Positions 39,787-49,339 of a stretch of DNA of 64,000 nt are shown here, one piece after another. Location of the stretch: NCBI GenBank assembly GCA_963705935.1, contig OY970130.1:520676-584675 (forward strand), in the 5' to 3' direction. A program made the position numbers and the translations under genes. Below the pieces are notes generated by a model, which searched no databases, had not been told where the DNA came from, and worked only from the letters and a program-made list of their open reading frames with translations. Position 1 is the stretch's first letter. Each line of letters opens with the position of its first letter. Source of the DNA: an uncultured Verrucomicrobiae bacterium (GTDB lineage Bacteria; Verrucomicrobiota; Verrucomicrobiia; Opitutales; Opitutaceae).

Positions 39787-41385
39787 ATGACCATGACCAC
39801 CACGGGCGCGAGACCGCGGGCCGGATGGGTGCAGGGCGTCGTCGCCGCCGCGGCCGCGATCCGGAGCCGGCACGTGGGCCGGCGCCTGAACGCGGCGAAT
39901 GGCCTGGCCGCGGCGCAGCGCCGCATCTGGGGCGAACTCGTCGCGCAGTTCGGCCGCACGGAATTCGGGCGGACGGAAGGAATTGGCGCGGGGATGACGT
40001 ACGCGGATTTTCGCACGCGAGTCAGGCCGCGGATGTATGCGGACCTCGCTCCGGCGATCGAGCGGATGAAACAGGGCGAGCCCTCGGTGCTCTGGCCGGG
40101 GCGGTGCAGCCACTTCGCGGTATCCTCCGGCACGACGGCGGGGCGGACGAAGTACCTGCCGATCACCCGGCCGATGCTGGCTCACTTCCGGAGGGCGGGC
40201 CTCGACTCGCTCTGCTACTACGCCCGGCGCGCCGGATCGACGGCTGTGTTCCGCGGGCGGCAGCTGTTTCTCGGCGGCTCGACGGCGCTGGTCCCGCTGC
40301 CCGCGACCGGCCCGTTCCGCGCCTGGGCGGGCGATCTCAGCGGAATCACGGCTCTCAATCTGCCGGCGTGGGCCGAACGGTGCTGGTACGAGCCGGGCCG
40401 CCGGATTGCGCAGATCGGAGACTGGCCCGACAAGCTGCGGGCGATGGCCGAGCGCACGAGAACGCGCGACGTCCGGCTGCTTGCGGGCATTCCGAGCTGG
40501 ATCCTCGTGTTCGCCGAGACGATGCGACTGCATTCCGGCGAGCGAACGCTGAAGGACGTGTGGCCAAACCTCGGGTGCTTCGTCCACGGGGGCGTCCCGA
40601 TCGGTCCGTTCGCGGGTGAACTGCGGGAGGCGCTCGGACCCGGTGTCGATTTTCACGAGGTCTACCCGGCGTCCGAGGCGTTCATCGCCGCGCAGGACGA
40701 GGAGCCGGAGGCGGGGCTGAGATTGATCCACGACGCGGGGGTCTTCTTCGAGTTCCTGCCGATGGATCGGTTCGACGAATCGCGTCTGGCGGATCTCGCC
40801 GCCGAGGTCGTGCCGGCCTGGGAAGTCGTGGCGGGAGTGGACTACGCGCTCCTGCTGACCACACCGGGCGGGCTCTGCCGGTATGTGATCGGCGACGTGG
40901 TGAGATTCGTGTCCACCGACCCGGCACGACTGGTTTACGCCGGCCGGACGCAGCTCCAGCTGAGCGCTTTTGGCGAGCATGTGATCGAGAAGGAAGTCAC
41001 GGACGCGCTCACCGCCGTCTGTGCGCGACGCCGGGTCGCGATCGCGAACTTCCACGTGGCGCCCCGCTTCGTCGACGCGCGGGCCGGGATCAACCGGGGG
41101 CAGCACGAGTGGTGGATCGAGCTGAGGACGTCCGACGCGGCGCGGCTGAGCCCGACGGACGCGGCTGCGGAACTCGATGGCGAGCTGCAGCGGCTGAACG
41201 ACGATTACGAAGCCAAGCGCAAGGGCGGGGGTCTCAACCGGCCGCTCGTCCACGTCGTTCCTTCCGGCACGTTCGAACTCTGGCTGAAGGCGCACGGGAA
41301 ATGGGGCGGACAGCACAAGATGCCGCGCTGCCGCAGCGACCGCGCCGTGGCGGACGAACTGGCGGGCTGCCTGCTCGCAAGGTAG
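39787..41385 (+). CDS. GH3 (auxin-responsive) family acyl-acid amido synthetase
   Basis: SSGTTAGRTKYLP, YPASE, TPGGLCRYVIGD, DYEAKR, GQHKMPR. Confidence 0.88.
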   Translation: MTMTTTGARPRAGWVQGVVAAAAAIRSRHVGRRLNAANGLAAAQRRIWGELVAQFGRTEFGRTEGIGAGMTYADFRTRVRPRMYADLAPAIERMKQGEPSVLWPGRCSHFAVSSGTTAGRTKYLPITRPMLAHFRRAGLDSLCYYARRAGSTAVFRGRQLFLGGSTALVPLPATGPFRAWAGDLSGITALNLPAWAERCWYEPGRRIAQIGDWPDKLRAMAERTRTRDVRLLAGIPSWILVFAETMRLHSGERTLKDVWPNLGCFVHGGVPIGPFAGELREALGPGVDFHEVYPASEAFIAAQDEEPEAGLRLIHDAGVFFEFLPMDRFDESRLADLAAEVVPAWEVVAGVDYALLLTTPGGLCRYVIGDVVRFVSTDPARLVYAGRTQLQLSAFGEHVIEKEVTDALTAVCARRRVAIANFHVAPRFVDARAGINRGQHEWWIELRTSDAARLSPTDAAAELDGELQRLNDDYEAKRKGGGLNRPLVHVVPSGTFELWLKAHGKWGGQHKMPRCRSDRAVADELAGCLLAR

Positions 41386-41445
41386 CGTCCGGATGGTCGA
41401 TTCCGGCGAACCGGCGGCCGACCGCCCGGTCGGTGCCACCGCGTC

Positions 41446-42135
41446 ATGAAGAGGGCGGTCGAACTCCGGGGGCCGCTGTCGTCGCCGGGTCCGGCCCGGC
41501 GGCGCCTCTGGCTTGGGCTGTTCGCAATCTACGTGCTGGTCCCGGTGGCGGTCGGCGTTTGGGTGCCGCCCGGCGGCTGGATCCCCTCGCTGTGGCTGGT
41601 TTCGGCGCTGGCATGGTGGCGGCTGCGGCGCGATCCTGCCGGGCTGGTCGCGATCGGCCGTGCAGGTGCGGGCCGCTCCTGGCGCCGCGAAGTGACGCGC
41701 GTGCTGGTGAGATTTGCGCTTTCCGCCATGCTGCTGCTCGCAGCGATCGCGCTGGCCGCCCCGGACCAACTCTTCGACTGGCCCCGCCATCGCCCGTTGA
41801 TCTGGGCAACCGTCCTGGTGGCGTATCCGCTGCTTTCGGTGCTGCCGCAGGAAGTGCTTTACCGGCAGTTCCTGTTTCGCCGGCTTCGCGCACTCGGCCT
41901 GGACGATGGCGTGATCGCGCTGGCCAGCGCGGCCCTCTTCGGGTTCGTGCACGTGATCTACCGCAACGTTCCGGCTGTCGCGCTGAGCGCCATTGGCGGC
42001 TGGTATTTCGCCGACACCTACCGGCGCAGCGATTCGCTGGCGCTCGTCTGTGCCGAGCACGCGCTTTACGGCGCGCTGGTTTTCACCTCCGGGCTGGGCG
42101 CCAACTTTTCGCATCTCGCGCTCCGGCCGGTCTGA
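41446..42135 (+). CDS. CPBP (CAAX/Abi) family intramembrane protein
   Basis: PQEVLYR, ALFGFVH, EHALYG; multi-TM. Confidence 0.8.
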   Translation: MKRAVELRGPLSSPGPARRRLWLGLFAIYVLVPVAVGVWVPPGGWIPSLWLVSALAWWRLRRDPAGLVAIGRAGAGRSWRREVTRVLVRFALSAMLLLAAIALAAPDQLFDWPRHRPLIWATVLVAYPLLSVLPQEVLYRQFLFRRLRALGLDDGVIALASAALFGFVHVIYRNVPAVALSAIGGWYFADTYRRSDSLALVCAEHALYGALVFTSGLGANFSHLALRPV

Positions 42136-42188
42136 ACCGGCCGGATTGATGGGCGGTGGCGCGGGGTGACGAAATCGCGGCGGGGGAA

Positions 42189-42205
42189 CGTAACGCCGTT
42201 TTCAC
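42189..42205 (+). promoter_or_regulatory. Pho-box-like pair upstream of the CBS kinase
   Basis: CGTAAC-gccgt-TTTCAC; -10-like TACGGT at 42228. Confidence 0.45.
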
Positions 42206-42252
42206 GTGGCCGGGTCGCCTGGCGGCGTACGGTTTGCCACACCTCCGCCGCC

Positions 42253-44331
42253 ATGAGTTCGCTGTCCCTTCCCGCCGAGGTCATCGTGCCGCCGGATTCC
42301 CCGGTGGCGGAATTCGGGAACGCGCCGCCCGCGTCCGCACCGGCCGCGGCGACGGTCGCGCTGGCGTCGCTCGTGCATCACCGCTGGAGCGTGAATGCGG
42401 GCGAAACGCTGGAGGTCGTCCAGCGGACTTTCCAGACCCACCGGGTGGAATACATGGCGGTCGAGAAGGAGGGCCGCGTGATCGGCATGTGTGCTCGCGG
42501 GCAGATCGGATTCATCATGAGCGCGCGGTTCGGCTTCGCGATTTATAGCCAGAATCCGATCTCGTCCGTGATGGTGGAGCGGCCGCTGCGGATCACCGTC
42601 GGCAGCAGCGTGCTGACGCTGCTCGACGAGGCGCTCTCACGCACCGGCGACGATTTTCAGCAGGACGTGGTGCTCGTCGACGGACACGGCCGCCTGGTCG
42701 GTTTGGTGAAGGTCGAGACGCTGGCCCAGCTCCAGTCGCGGATGGTGGGGGAGCAGGTGCGGGAGCTTCGGCGCCACCATGAGGTGCTGCGGCGCCAGAA
42801 TCTGGCGCTGTTCCGGGCGACCCATGCGGCGCGCCAGTCGCAGGGCGTGTACACCGGCCTGTTCGAGAATCACGCCCTGGGCGTCGCCTTGCTGGACGCG
42901 AATGGGAACATCCTCGAGCACAACCAGCGGCTGTCGGAGCTGTTGAGCTGCGACCACGAGTCCGTGGCCCTGGTCTCCCTCGTGCCGTGGCTGAAGGAGC
43001 CGGACCGGCCACGCCTCCTGACGCTGCTCGACGCGCACGTGCGGGGTGCGGCCCAGGCGGCGACGCACGAGTTCGTGATCGAGGTGGCGGAGCGCGGCGA
43101 GCGGACGTTTCGCTGCTCCACCGGCTGGATCCGCGAGACGGGGCAGATCTGCGCGTGTCTCGACGACGTGACCGAGCAGCGGGCGCTCGAGCGGCAGGCG
43201 CTGCAGCTCGAAAAGCAGAACCTGCTCGACACACTGGTGGCCGGCGTGGCGCACGAGCTGAACAACAAGCTCACGCCCGTGCTCGGATTCTCCGAACTGC
43301 TGCGCACCGAAACGGAAGGCAGGGCGGGGGAATACGTGACCCACATCACGAAGAGCGTCGACGAGGCGGCGCGGATCATCCGGCAGCTGCTGGAGCTCTC
43401 CAATCCCACCTCGCACATTTCGCAGCTGCTCGATCTGCGCAGCGTGATCGACGAGACGCTGGTCATGCTGAAGTTTCACCTGCGCGAGGCCGGCTGTGCG
43501 GTGCAGACCCGGTTGCCGGCGGTGCCGGTGTGCGTGGCGGGGGACGGAGCCCAGTTGAAGCAGGTCCTGATGAATCTTGCGATCAACGCGCTCCATGCGA
43601 TGGAAGGCCGCGATGCGCCCGTGCTCACGTTCACCGTGCGAAGCGCCGGCGAGCGGGCCGAGATCGTGGTGGCGGACAACGGCTGCGGCATCCCCGCGGA
43701 GAATCTGCAGAGGATCTTCGATCCGTTCTTCACGACCAAGGGGCCGAAGCTCGGCACGGGCCTGGGGCTGAGCATCTGCTTCAGCATTATTCGCCAGCAC
43801 GGCGGGGAAATCCGCGTCCGCAGCACCCCGGGCGAAGGGGCGCAGTTCACGGTCTCCCTCCCGGCGCAGGTGGGGGCGCCGCGCCGGACGATGACCGATG
43901 CCGGCACGACGTGGTCGCCGGCGGCCGCGCGTTTCCAGCCGGGCCAGCGGGTGCTGGTGATCGAGGATGAAGTCGTCGTGCGGCGCCTGATGCACGAAGT
44001 GCTCAGCACGCAATTCGGCTGCCGGGTCGACCTGGCGGAAGACGGAGACGAGGCGCTGGCCCTGCTGCGCCGCAACGAATACGCCCTTGTCCTGACCGAC
44101 GTCAAAATGCCGCATGTGAGCGGGCTGGAACTCCATGCCCGGATTCGCCGGGAAAATCCCGACCTCGCGCGACGCGTGGTGTTTGTGAGCGGCCAGCCGG
44201 CGGACCACGACCTGCTGACAAAGCTGGACGAGTGGCAGGTCCCGCTGGTCGCGAAGCCGTTCACGATCGCGCGGCTCACCGAGGCCTGCCGGCCGTTCCT
44301 GCAGCTGGAAGTGGCCCTCGCGCCGGCCTGA
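42253..44331 (+). CDS. Soluble hybrid histidine kinase (CBS pair, PAS, HisKA, HATPase, REC)
   Basis: AGVAHELNN, IFDPFFTTK, GTGLGL, LVLTDVKMP; N-terminal CBS-like region containing RFGFAIYSQNPI. Confidence 0.88.
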   Translation: MSSLSLPAEVIVPPDSPVAEFGNAPPASAPAAATVALASLVHHRWSVNAGETLEVVQRTFQTHRVEYMAVEKEGRVIGMCARGQIGFIMSARFGFAIYSQNPISSVMVERPLRITVGSSVLTLLDEALSRTGDDFQQDVVLVDGHGRLVGLVKVETLAQLQSRMVGEQVRELRRHHEVLRRQNLALFRATHAARQSQGVYTGLFENHALGVALLDANGNILEHNQRLSELLSCDHESVALVSLVPWLKEPDRPRLLTLLDAHVRGAAQAATHEFVIEVAERGERTFRCSTGWIRETGQICACLDDVTEQRALERQALQLEKQNLLDTLVAGVAHELNNKLTPVLGFSELLRTETEGRAGEYVTHITKSVDEAARIIRQLLELSNPTSHISQLLDLRSVIDETLVMLKFHLREAGCAVQTRLPAVPVCVAGDGAQLKQVLMNLAINALHAMEGRDAPVLTFTVRSAGERAEIVVADNGCGIPAENLQRIFDPFFTTKGPKLGTGLGLSICFSIIRQHGGEIRVRSTPGEGAQFTVSLPAQVGAPRRTMTDAGTTWSPAAARFQPGQRVLVIEDEVVVRRLMHEVLSTQFGCRVDLAEDGDEALALLRRNEYALVLTDVKMPHVSGLELHARIRRENPDLARRVVFVSGQPADHDLLTKLDEWQVPLVAKPFTIARLTEACRPFLQLEVALAPA

Positions 44332-44336
44332 GCGAT

Positions 44337-44353
44337 GTGAAATCGGTGTGACG
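44337..44353 (-). promoter_or_regulatory. Reverse-oriented Pho-box-like pair between kinase and phosphatase
   Basis: Minus strand CGTCAC-accga-TTTCAC. Confidence 0.4.
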
Positions 44354-44401
44354 TCGCGGCCTCGGGTTGAACCGCGTTGCCAGCAGCGGCAGGCTCGTCC
44401 A

Positions 44402-45703
44402 ATGGACCGCGCTCCGGAGCTACTCGAGACTGTCCCGCCCGCCAACCTGCTGGCGCTGGTCGGGCACCGCCACTTCGTCGCCGGCAGCACGACGGTCGAG
44501 GCCGTGCACGAGATGCTGGCGCGACACGACGTAGACTTCGTCGCCGTGCTTTCCGGGGACGAACTGGCGGGTGTCTGCGCCCGGCGGGATCTCGCCGAAG
44601 CACTCGGTTCCCGGTTCGGCTATGCGCTCAACGCGCGTCGCCCGGTGATCGAGCATCTGATGCCTGCGCCTCTGCTGGTCGAGACCGGCCACCCACTCAC
44701 CGCGGTGTTCCGGTCCATCGCCGCGCGGGGCGAGCGGGAGTTCTTCGATGATGTCGTGCTGGTCGGATCCGACCGCCGGTACGAAGGCATGATCCCGATG
44801 CGCGTGCTGGTCCGCCTCCAGACGGAGCACCTGCTCGGCAACATCGCCCGCGTGGCGCAATCGCACCGGGAGATCGCGGCGAAGAACCGGCAGATGCTCG
44901 ACGACCTGCGCATGGCGCGTGAAGTCCAGCTGGCGATGCAGGCGCAGTCCCGGCCGCTGCCGGCGACGGCGGAGCTGGTCGTTCGGCTCGCGAACTGCTA
45001 CCGGCCCGCTTCCGAGGTCGGAGGCGATTTCTTCGATGTCCGGCCCGTTTCGGATCGCGAAGTCGCGATCCTGGTATGCGACGTGATGGGGCACGGCGTG
45101 CGCTCGGCGCTGATCACCGCGATGGTCCGGGCGCTGGTCGAACAGCTGGGCCCGCTGGCGCGAGACCCCGGGGCCGCGCTCACGCAGCTCAACGCGGACC
45201 TGTGCCGGATTCTGCGCCAGACGGGCGCGATGCTGTTCGTCACCGCCGCGTACCTGGTGCTCGATCTGGGCACCCGCTCGCTCCGGTACGCACAGGCGGG
45301 TCATCCCGCTCCGCTGGTGTGGTGTCCGGTCGACGGGGTGGCCCTCCCGATCCGGTGTCGCGACGACGAAGCCGGCCCTGCCCTGGGGCTGATCGACGAT
45401 TTTCGCTTCGTTGCCGTCGAACAGCCGGTCGCCTGTTCGGATCGGGTGGTGCTGTACACCGATGGGGCCGTTGAAGCTGCCCGTCCCGACGGCGAGGAGT
45501 TTGGCCCGGAACGGTTCGCAGAGGCGGTGGCCCGGTGCGGCGCAGTGCCGCTCGAAAGGATGATCGAGTGCCTGATCGCGGAAATCGAGGAATTCGCCGG
45601 CGGCGCTTTCGGCGACGACGTTTGCGTGGTGGCAATCGAACTCGCGGCTGCGGCGGGCGAGCCGGCGCAGGACGTGGTCGTGGCCGGCGCGGCGGAGCGC
45701 TAG
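44402..45703 (+). CDS. SpoIIE/RsbU-type PP2C phosphatase with N-terminal CBS pair
   Basis: AREVQ, VGGDFFD, CDVMGHG, AGH, LYTDG, DDVC; N-terminal RFGYALNARRPV. Confidence 0.88.
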   Translation: MDRAPELLETVPPANLLALVGHRHFVAGSTTVEAVHEMLARHDVDFVAVLSGDELAGVCARRDLAEALGSRFGYALNARRPVIEHLMPAPLLVETGHPLTAVFRSIAARGEREFFDDVVLVGSDRRYEGMIPMRVLVRLQTEHLLGNIARVAQSHREIAAKNRQMLDDLRMAREVQLAMQAQSRPLPATAELVVRLANCYRPASEVGGDFFDVRPVSDREVAILVCDVMGHGVRSALITAMVRALVEQLGPLARDPGAALTQLNADLCRILRQTGAMLFVTAAYLVLDLGTRSLRYAQAGHPAPLVWCPVDGVALPIRCRDDEAGPALGLIDDFRFVAVEQPVACSDRVVLYTDGAVEAARPDGEEFGPERFAEAVARCGAVPLERMIECLIAEIEEFAGGAFGDDVCVVAIELAAAAGEPAQDVVVAGAAER

Positions 45704-45704
45704 A

Positions 45705-46127
45705 CTAGCTGGCGGGATTGACCGGCGCCGGGGAGCTGGCCGCGCCGGGCTCCGGCGCGGGATTGGCGGAAGGTTTCGAGCCGGGGTCGGACGCGACGGG
45801 GCTGGACGCGCGGTCCGCGGAGGCGGGCTTGGCCACCGGCTTCCGGCGCGGTCGCGGCGCCTTCTTCGGTGCGGCGCTGGCCGCCTGCACCGCCGCCTTG
45901 AGCCGCTTCAGCTCGCGGCGAATCGCCTTCGCCTTCTTGCGTGACTCCTTGGCGTGCTTGCGCGCGATCTTGGCGGCCTTCCGGGCCCGTTTGGCCTCGG
46001 CCTTGGTTTTTTCCGCCGCGGCCTCGTCGGAGTCGGCCTGGGTCTTGGCGTCCTCGAGAGCTTCGTTGAGCTGGGCAATCCGGGCGTTGGCCTGGGCCAG
46101 CAGGATGGGGGAGGATTGGCTGGGCAT
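45705..46127 (-). CDS. Small Lys/Arg/Ala-rich coiled-coil protein (histone-H1-like)
   Basis: AKRARKAAKIARKHAKESRKKAKAIRRELKRLK followed by a Pro/Ala tail. Confidence 0.6.
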   Translation of the reverse strand: MPSQSSPILLAQANARIAQLNEALEDAKTQADSDEAAAEKTKAEAKRARKAAKIARKHAKESRKKAKAIRRELKRLKAAVQAASAAPKKAPRPRRKPVAKPASADRASSPVASDPGSKPSANPAPEPGAASSPAPVNPAS

Positions 46128-46280
46128 GGCAGTTGGGTCGGACGCTGACTTGCGAGCCTTGCAGGCGTCCATTTTCCGTGCCGATCCGAGCGCAAAGCCA
46201 GGTCCGGCGCAATCATGGGAATGTTACAACTGGCCCGGTCACCCGGTAGGCGAATCCCCGGCGGCGGCGCAATCGGGGCG

Positions 46281-46955
46281 TCAGCGTCCGCTCGCGGCGG
46301 CGGCGCAGACGGCGGGTGCGCCGACCTGAACGATCTCGCGGCCCGGCAGCACGCAGGCGGTCAGCGCGCCGCCGCGCACGCAGCCGGTGTCGATGCCCAG
46401 CGACCAGCGCCGGCGCACCGGCACCGGGTGCGGGGTGTGCCCGTAAACCACGAAGGGCGGGCTGTTCCACAACTCGGACCAGTGCGGCGCGTCGGGGTAG
46501 TCGGACAGCTTGTGCGGCTCCCCGTCGGGGCCGACGACCTGGATGCGCGTGACGATTCGAGCCGGCTGCCCGCGCCACGGCCGGAAAGGCAGGAAGCCTC
46601 CGTGCACCAGGACCGTGTCGAGCTCCGGTACATGGAACGTCAGCGGCATCCGGGCCAGATAGCTCCAGTCCGCCGCGCTGAGCTGACCGAGCGTGTCGTA
46701 GTCGGATCTCTTCAGGTGGGTTGGATCACCGGTCCGGCGGTAGTTCAACAACCGCAGCTCATGGTTGCCGAGCAGCGCGCGATGGGCGTGACGGCGCGCG
46801 AGCGCCAGCACGCCGGCGCTGTCGGGACCGCGGTTCACCAGATCGCCGAGCAGGATGATCCGGTCGCTGCGGGTGGGCGCGAGCTTGTCGATCAGCGCGG
46901 CGAATTCGTCGGCGCAGCCGTGAATGTCGCCAATCACGATGATGCGTCCCTTCAT
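46281..46955 (-). CDS. PPP-family metallophosphoesterase (ApaH/PrpE/Ppn2-like)
   Basis: GDIHG, GDLVNRG, GNHE, VHGG, YGHTP, DTGCVRGGALTA. Confidence 0.88.
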   Translation of the reverse strand: MKGRIIVIGDIHGCADEFAALIDKLAPTRSDRIILLGDLVNRGPDSAGVLALARRHAHRALLGNHELRLLNYRRTGDPTHLKRSDYDTLGQLSAADWSYLARMPLTFHVPELDTVLVHGGFLPFRPWRGQPARIVTRIQVVGPDGEPHKLSDYPDAPHWSELWNSPPFVVYGHTPHPVPVRRRWSLGIDTGCVRGGALTACVLPGREIVQVGAPAVCAAAASGR

Positions 46956-47120
46956 CGGAGGGCGGGCGAAGATCGGCCGACGCGGCGGCGGCATCCGCGG
47001 GGCGGGAGTTCGAGGCGGCTCGGGATTTGCGGCGACACAGGTTCACCTAAACGTACTGGAACTCCGGCGACGGGGCGAGCGGAGACGTGCTCCGTAACCC
47101 GAACGCTACAATCGGGAGCC

Positions 47121-47159
47121 TGTCGCCGCCGCGCCCGGTCCGAGTCACCGATAAGTAAC
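47121..47159 (+). promoter_or_regulatory. Pho-box-like repeats upstream of the MCP
   Basis: TGTCGC (47121), AGTCAC (47143), AGTAAC (47154) in 11-bp register; extra pair CGTAAC (47093)/CGCTAC (47104). Confidence 0.5.
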
Positions 47160-47209
47160 AGTAGAAGGTTTGGAATGAGCCCTCGCGCGGAGTTCCCCTC
47201 GACGGACTC

Positions 47210-49069
47210 ATGAAAGCGAAACTTCCACGTTCGTCCGTCGTGCAAATCGTCTGGGGCGGGTTCCTCGTCCTGCTGCTGCTGCTCGCCGCCCTCGCGGCGC
47301 TGTCCCACTCCTCGCTGGCGCTCTCGCGGGCGAGTTCGGCCCGGCTCGCGGAGCAGTCCGTGGCCCGGGCGGCGATCGCCGCGGACATGCAGCGCGCGCT
47401 CTCGGCGGTGCGGTACGACCTCACCGTCTTCAGCCTGGCCAACCGGGCCGAGGCCTACGCGGATGGCACGCGGCAGCTCCAGGAATTCGAACGCGACCTC
47501 GGCCACGCGCTCGCGCTGAGCCGCCGTCATCCGGAGGAGGCGCGGTTTGCCTCGGCCATCGCCGACCTCGAGTCGGCGCTCCCCACGTTTCGCAAGGAGG
47601 TCGACCGGCTGCACGGCCTGCGCGGCGAAATCGCCACCAGCCGCGACCACGCGGGCGCCAGTTTCGAAAAACTCATCCGGGTGCTCGGCCAGTACGCGGC
47701 CGGCAGCGACAACGACGCGCTGCTCGATCTCGTGCTGATGCAGCAGGTCTCGACCATCCGGGTGAGCACGCTCGAGGCATACGTGAACCGCGACACCGCC
47801 CGGGCCAAGGAGGCGCTGGCGAACCTGGCCGGATTCAAGCGGCAGACCGGGGGCAATCCGGAAATCGCGCAGGCGTTCGATGGACTCGTGACGGATCTCG
47901 CGAGCGCGGTGAACCTGTTTGAACAGTTCGAAGGCGCCTACGCGGCGTGGGCGGCCAACACCGAACGCATGACCGCGGAGGCCGCGGCGATCGGGGCGAG
48001 CGCGACCGCGGAAATGCGCGCGGTCTCGCTCGAGACGGCGGAGAAGATGACGCGGGCCACGATCGCCGTGACTGCCGGCATGGCCCTCGCGCTGGCGCTG
48101 GGGGTCGGCATTGCCACCTTCGTGTCGGGCCGCGTCCGCCGGGCGCTGCGCGAGGTCGCGGCGCGGATGGCGGCCACCGCTCGGGAACTGGCGGGCGATG
48201 CCGCCGAGGTGGCCGGCGCGAGCCACACCCTTTCGTGCGAGGCCGAGGCGCAGGCGGCGGCGCTGGAGCAGACCCGCACGGCCGTGGATGAAGTGAGCCG
48301 GATGACGCGCGACAACGAGGTCGTCGCCCAGAAGGTGGCGGCGGCCACCCGCAAGGCCGCGGAAGCGGCCGACGCGGGGGCGGTCGAGATGCAGGCGATG
48401 CAGGCGGCCGTGGAGCAGATCGATCGCTCGGCGACGGAGATCGTGGCGATCGTGAAGACGATCGACGAGGTGGCGTTTCAGACGAACCTGCTGGCGCTGA
48501 ACGCGGCCATCGAGGCGGCGCGAGCCGGGGCGTCGGGTGCGGGGTTCGCCGTCGTGGCCGGCGAGGTGCGGATGCTGGCGCAGAAAAGCGGGGAGGCGGC
48601 GCGCATCACCGCTTTGAAGGTGGCGCAGTCGATCGAGACGACACGGGCCGGCGTGCAGCATGCCAGGCGGGCGGCGGCGGCGTTCGACGGGGTGGCGGCG
48701 GAAGCCCGGGCGATGGCCGGGCATGCCGCCGAGATCGCGGCGGTTTCGCAGCATCAGCGGGGAGGCCTCGAGCAGATCGATGCAGCGGCCCGGGCGCTCG
48801 ACCGGGCCACGCAGTTGACGGCGGCCAAGGCGGGGGACACCGCGGCCGCGGCCGCTTCGCTCCGGCAACATGTCGAAACCGTCGTCGTGACGATGGAGGC
48901 CCTGCGGGGCCGCTCCGCCGCGACGCCACTGGTCCGCGATTCCGCGACCACCGGACACCGCGGGCCTGGCCGATCGGTCGAGGAGACGGGCGCGCAACGC
49001 GGGGCGAGGGCCGGCGAGCCGGTGCTGCGCCGTGGGCGGCCCGGCGACACCCGCCCGATGGCGGCCTGA
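47210..49069 (+). CDS. Methyl-accepting chemotaxis protein
   Basis: [33 protein letters not shown]; two TM helices flanking a periplasmic domain. Confidence 0.92.
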   Translation: MKAKLPRSSVVQIVWGGFLVLLLLLAALAALSHSSLALSRASSARLAEQSVARAAIAADMQRALSAVRYDLTVFSLANRAEAYADGTRQLQEFERDLGHALALSRRHPEEARFASAIADLESALPTFRKEVDRLHGLRGEIATSRDHAGASFEKLIRVLGQYAAGSDNDALLDLVLMQQVSTIRVSTLEAYVNRDTARAKEALANLAGFKRQTGGNPEIAQAFDGLVTDLASAVNLFEQFEGAYAAWAANTERMTAEAAAIGASATAEMRAVSLETAEKMTRATIAVTAGMALALALGVGIATFVSGRVRRALREVAARMAATARELAGDAAEVAGASHTLSCEAEAQAAALEQTRTAVDEVSRMTRDNEVVAQKVAAATRKAAEAADAGAVEMQAMQAAVEQIDRSATEIVAIVKTIDEVAFQTNLLALNAAIEAARAGASGAGFAVVAGEVRMLAQKSGEAARITALKVAQSIETTRAGVQHARRAAAAFDGVAAEARAMAGHAAEIAAVSQHQRGGLEQIDAAARALDRATQLTAAKAGDTAAAAASLRQHVETVVVTMEALRGRSAATPLVRDSATTGHRGPGRSVEETGAQRGARAGEPVLRRGRPGDTRPMAA

Positions 49070-49221
49070 CCAGCCGGACGGAGCCGATGTCGTGCCGGCC
49101 ATCGTCGTGTCCGGCGCGAGGCCGGCGCGAACTCGCGCGAGGGAACAGCTCCCGGTGGCGGTGGGGGCTCGGCGGCTCGCTGCGTTACGACCTCATCAAA
49201 AATTCCTCAAATCCCGGGTCC

Positions 49222-49276
49222 TTTTACGGAGTTGTCACCCGGACGCCACGCAACCGTAACACGCGACCCTCAATAT
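49222..49276 (+). promoter_or_regulatory. Pho boxes and -10 of the porin-pst-pho operon
   Basis: TTTTAC (49222), TGTCAC (49233), CGCCAC (49244), CGTAAC (49255); CAATAT at 49271. Confidence 0.7.
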
Positions 49277-49339
49277 CGGCTTCGAACTCTGATACATCCA
49301 CAGAGTTCCTGACACATCCACATCGAACGCACATCCGAT

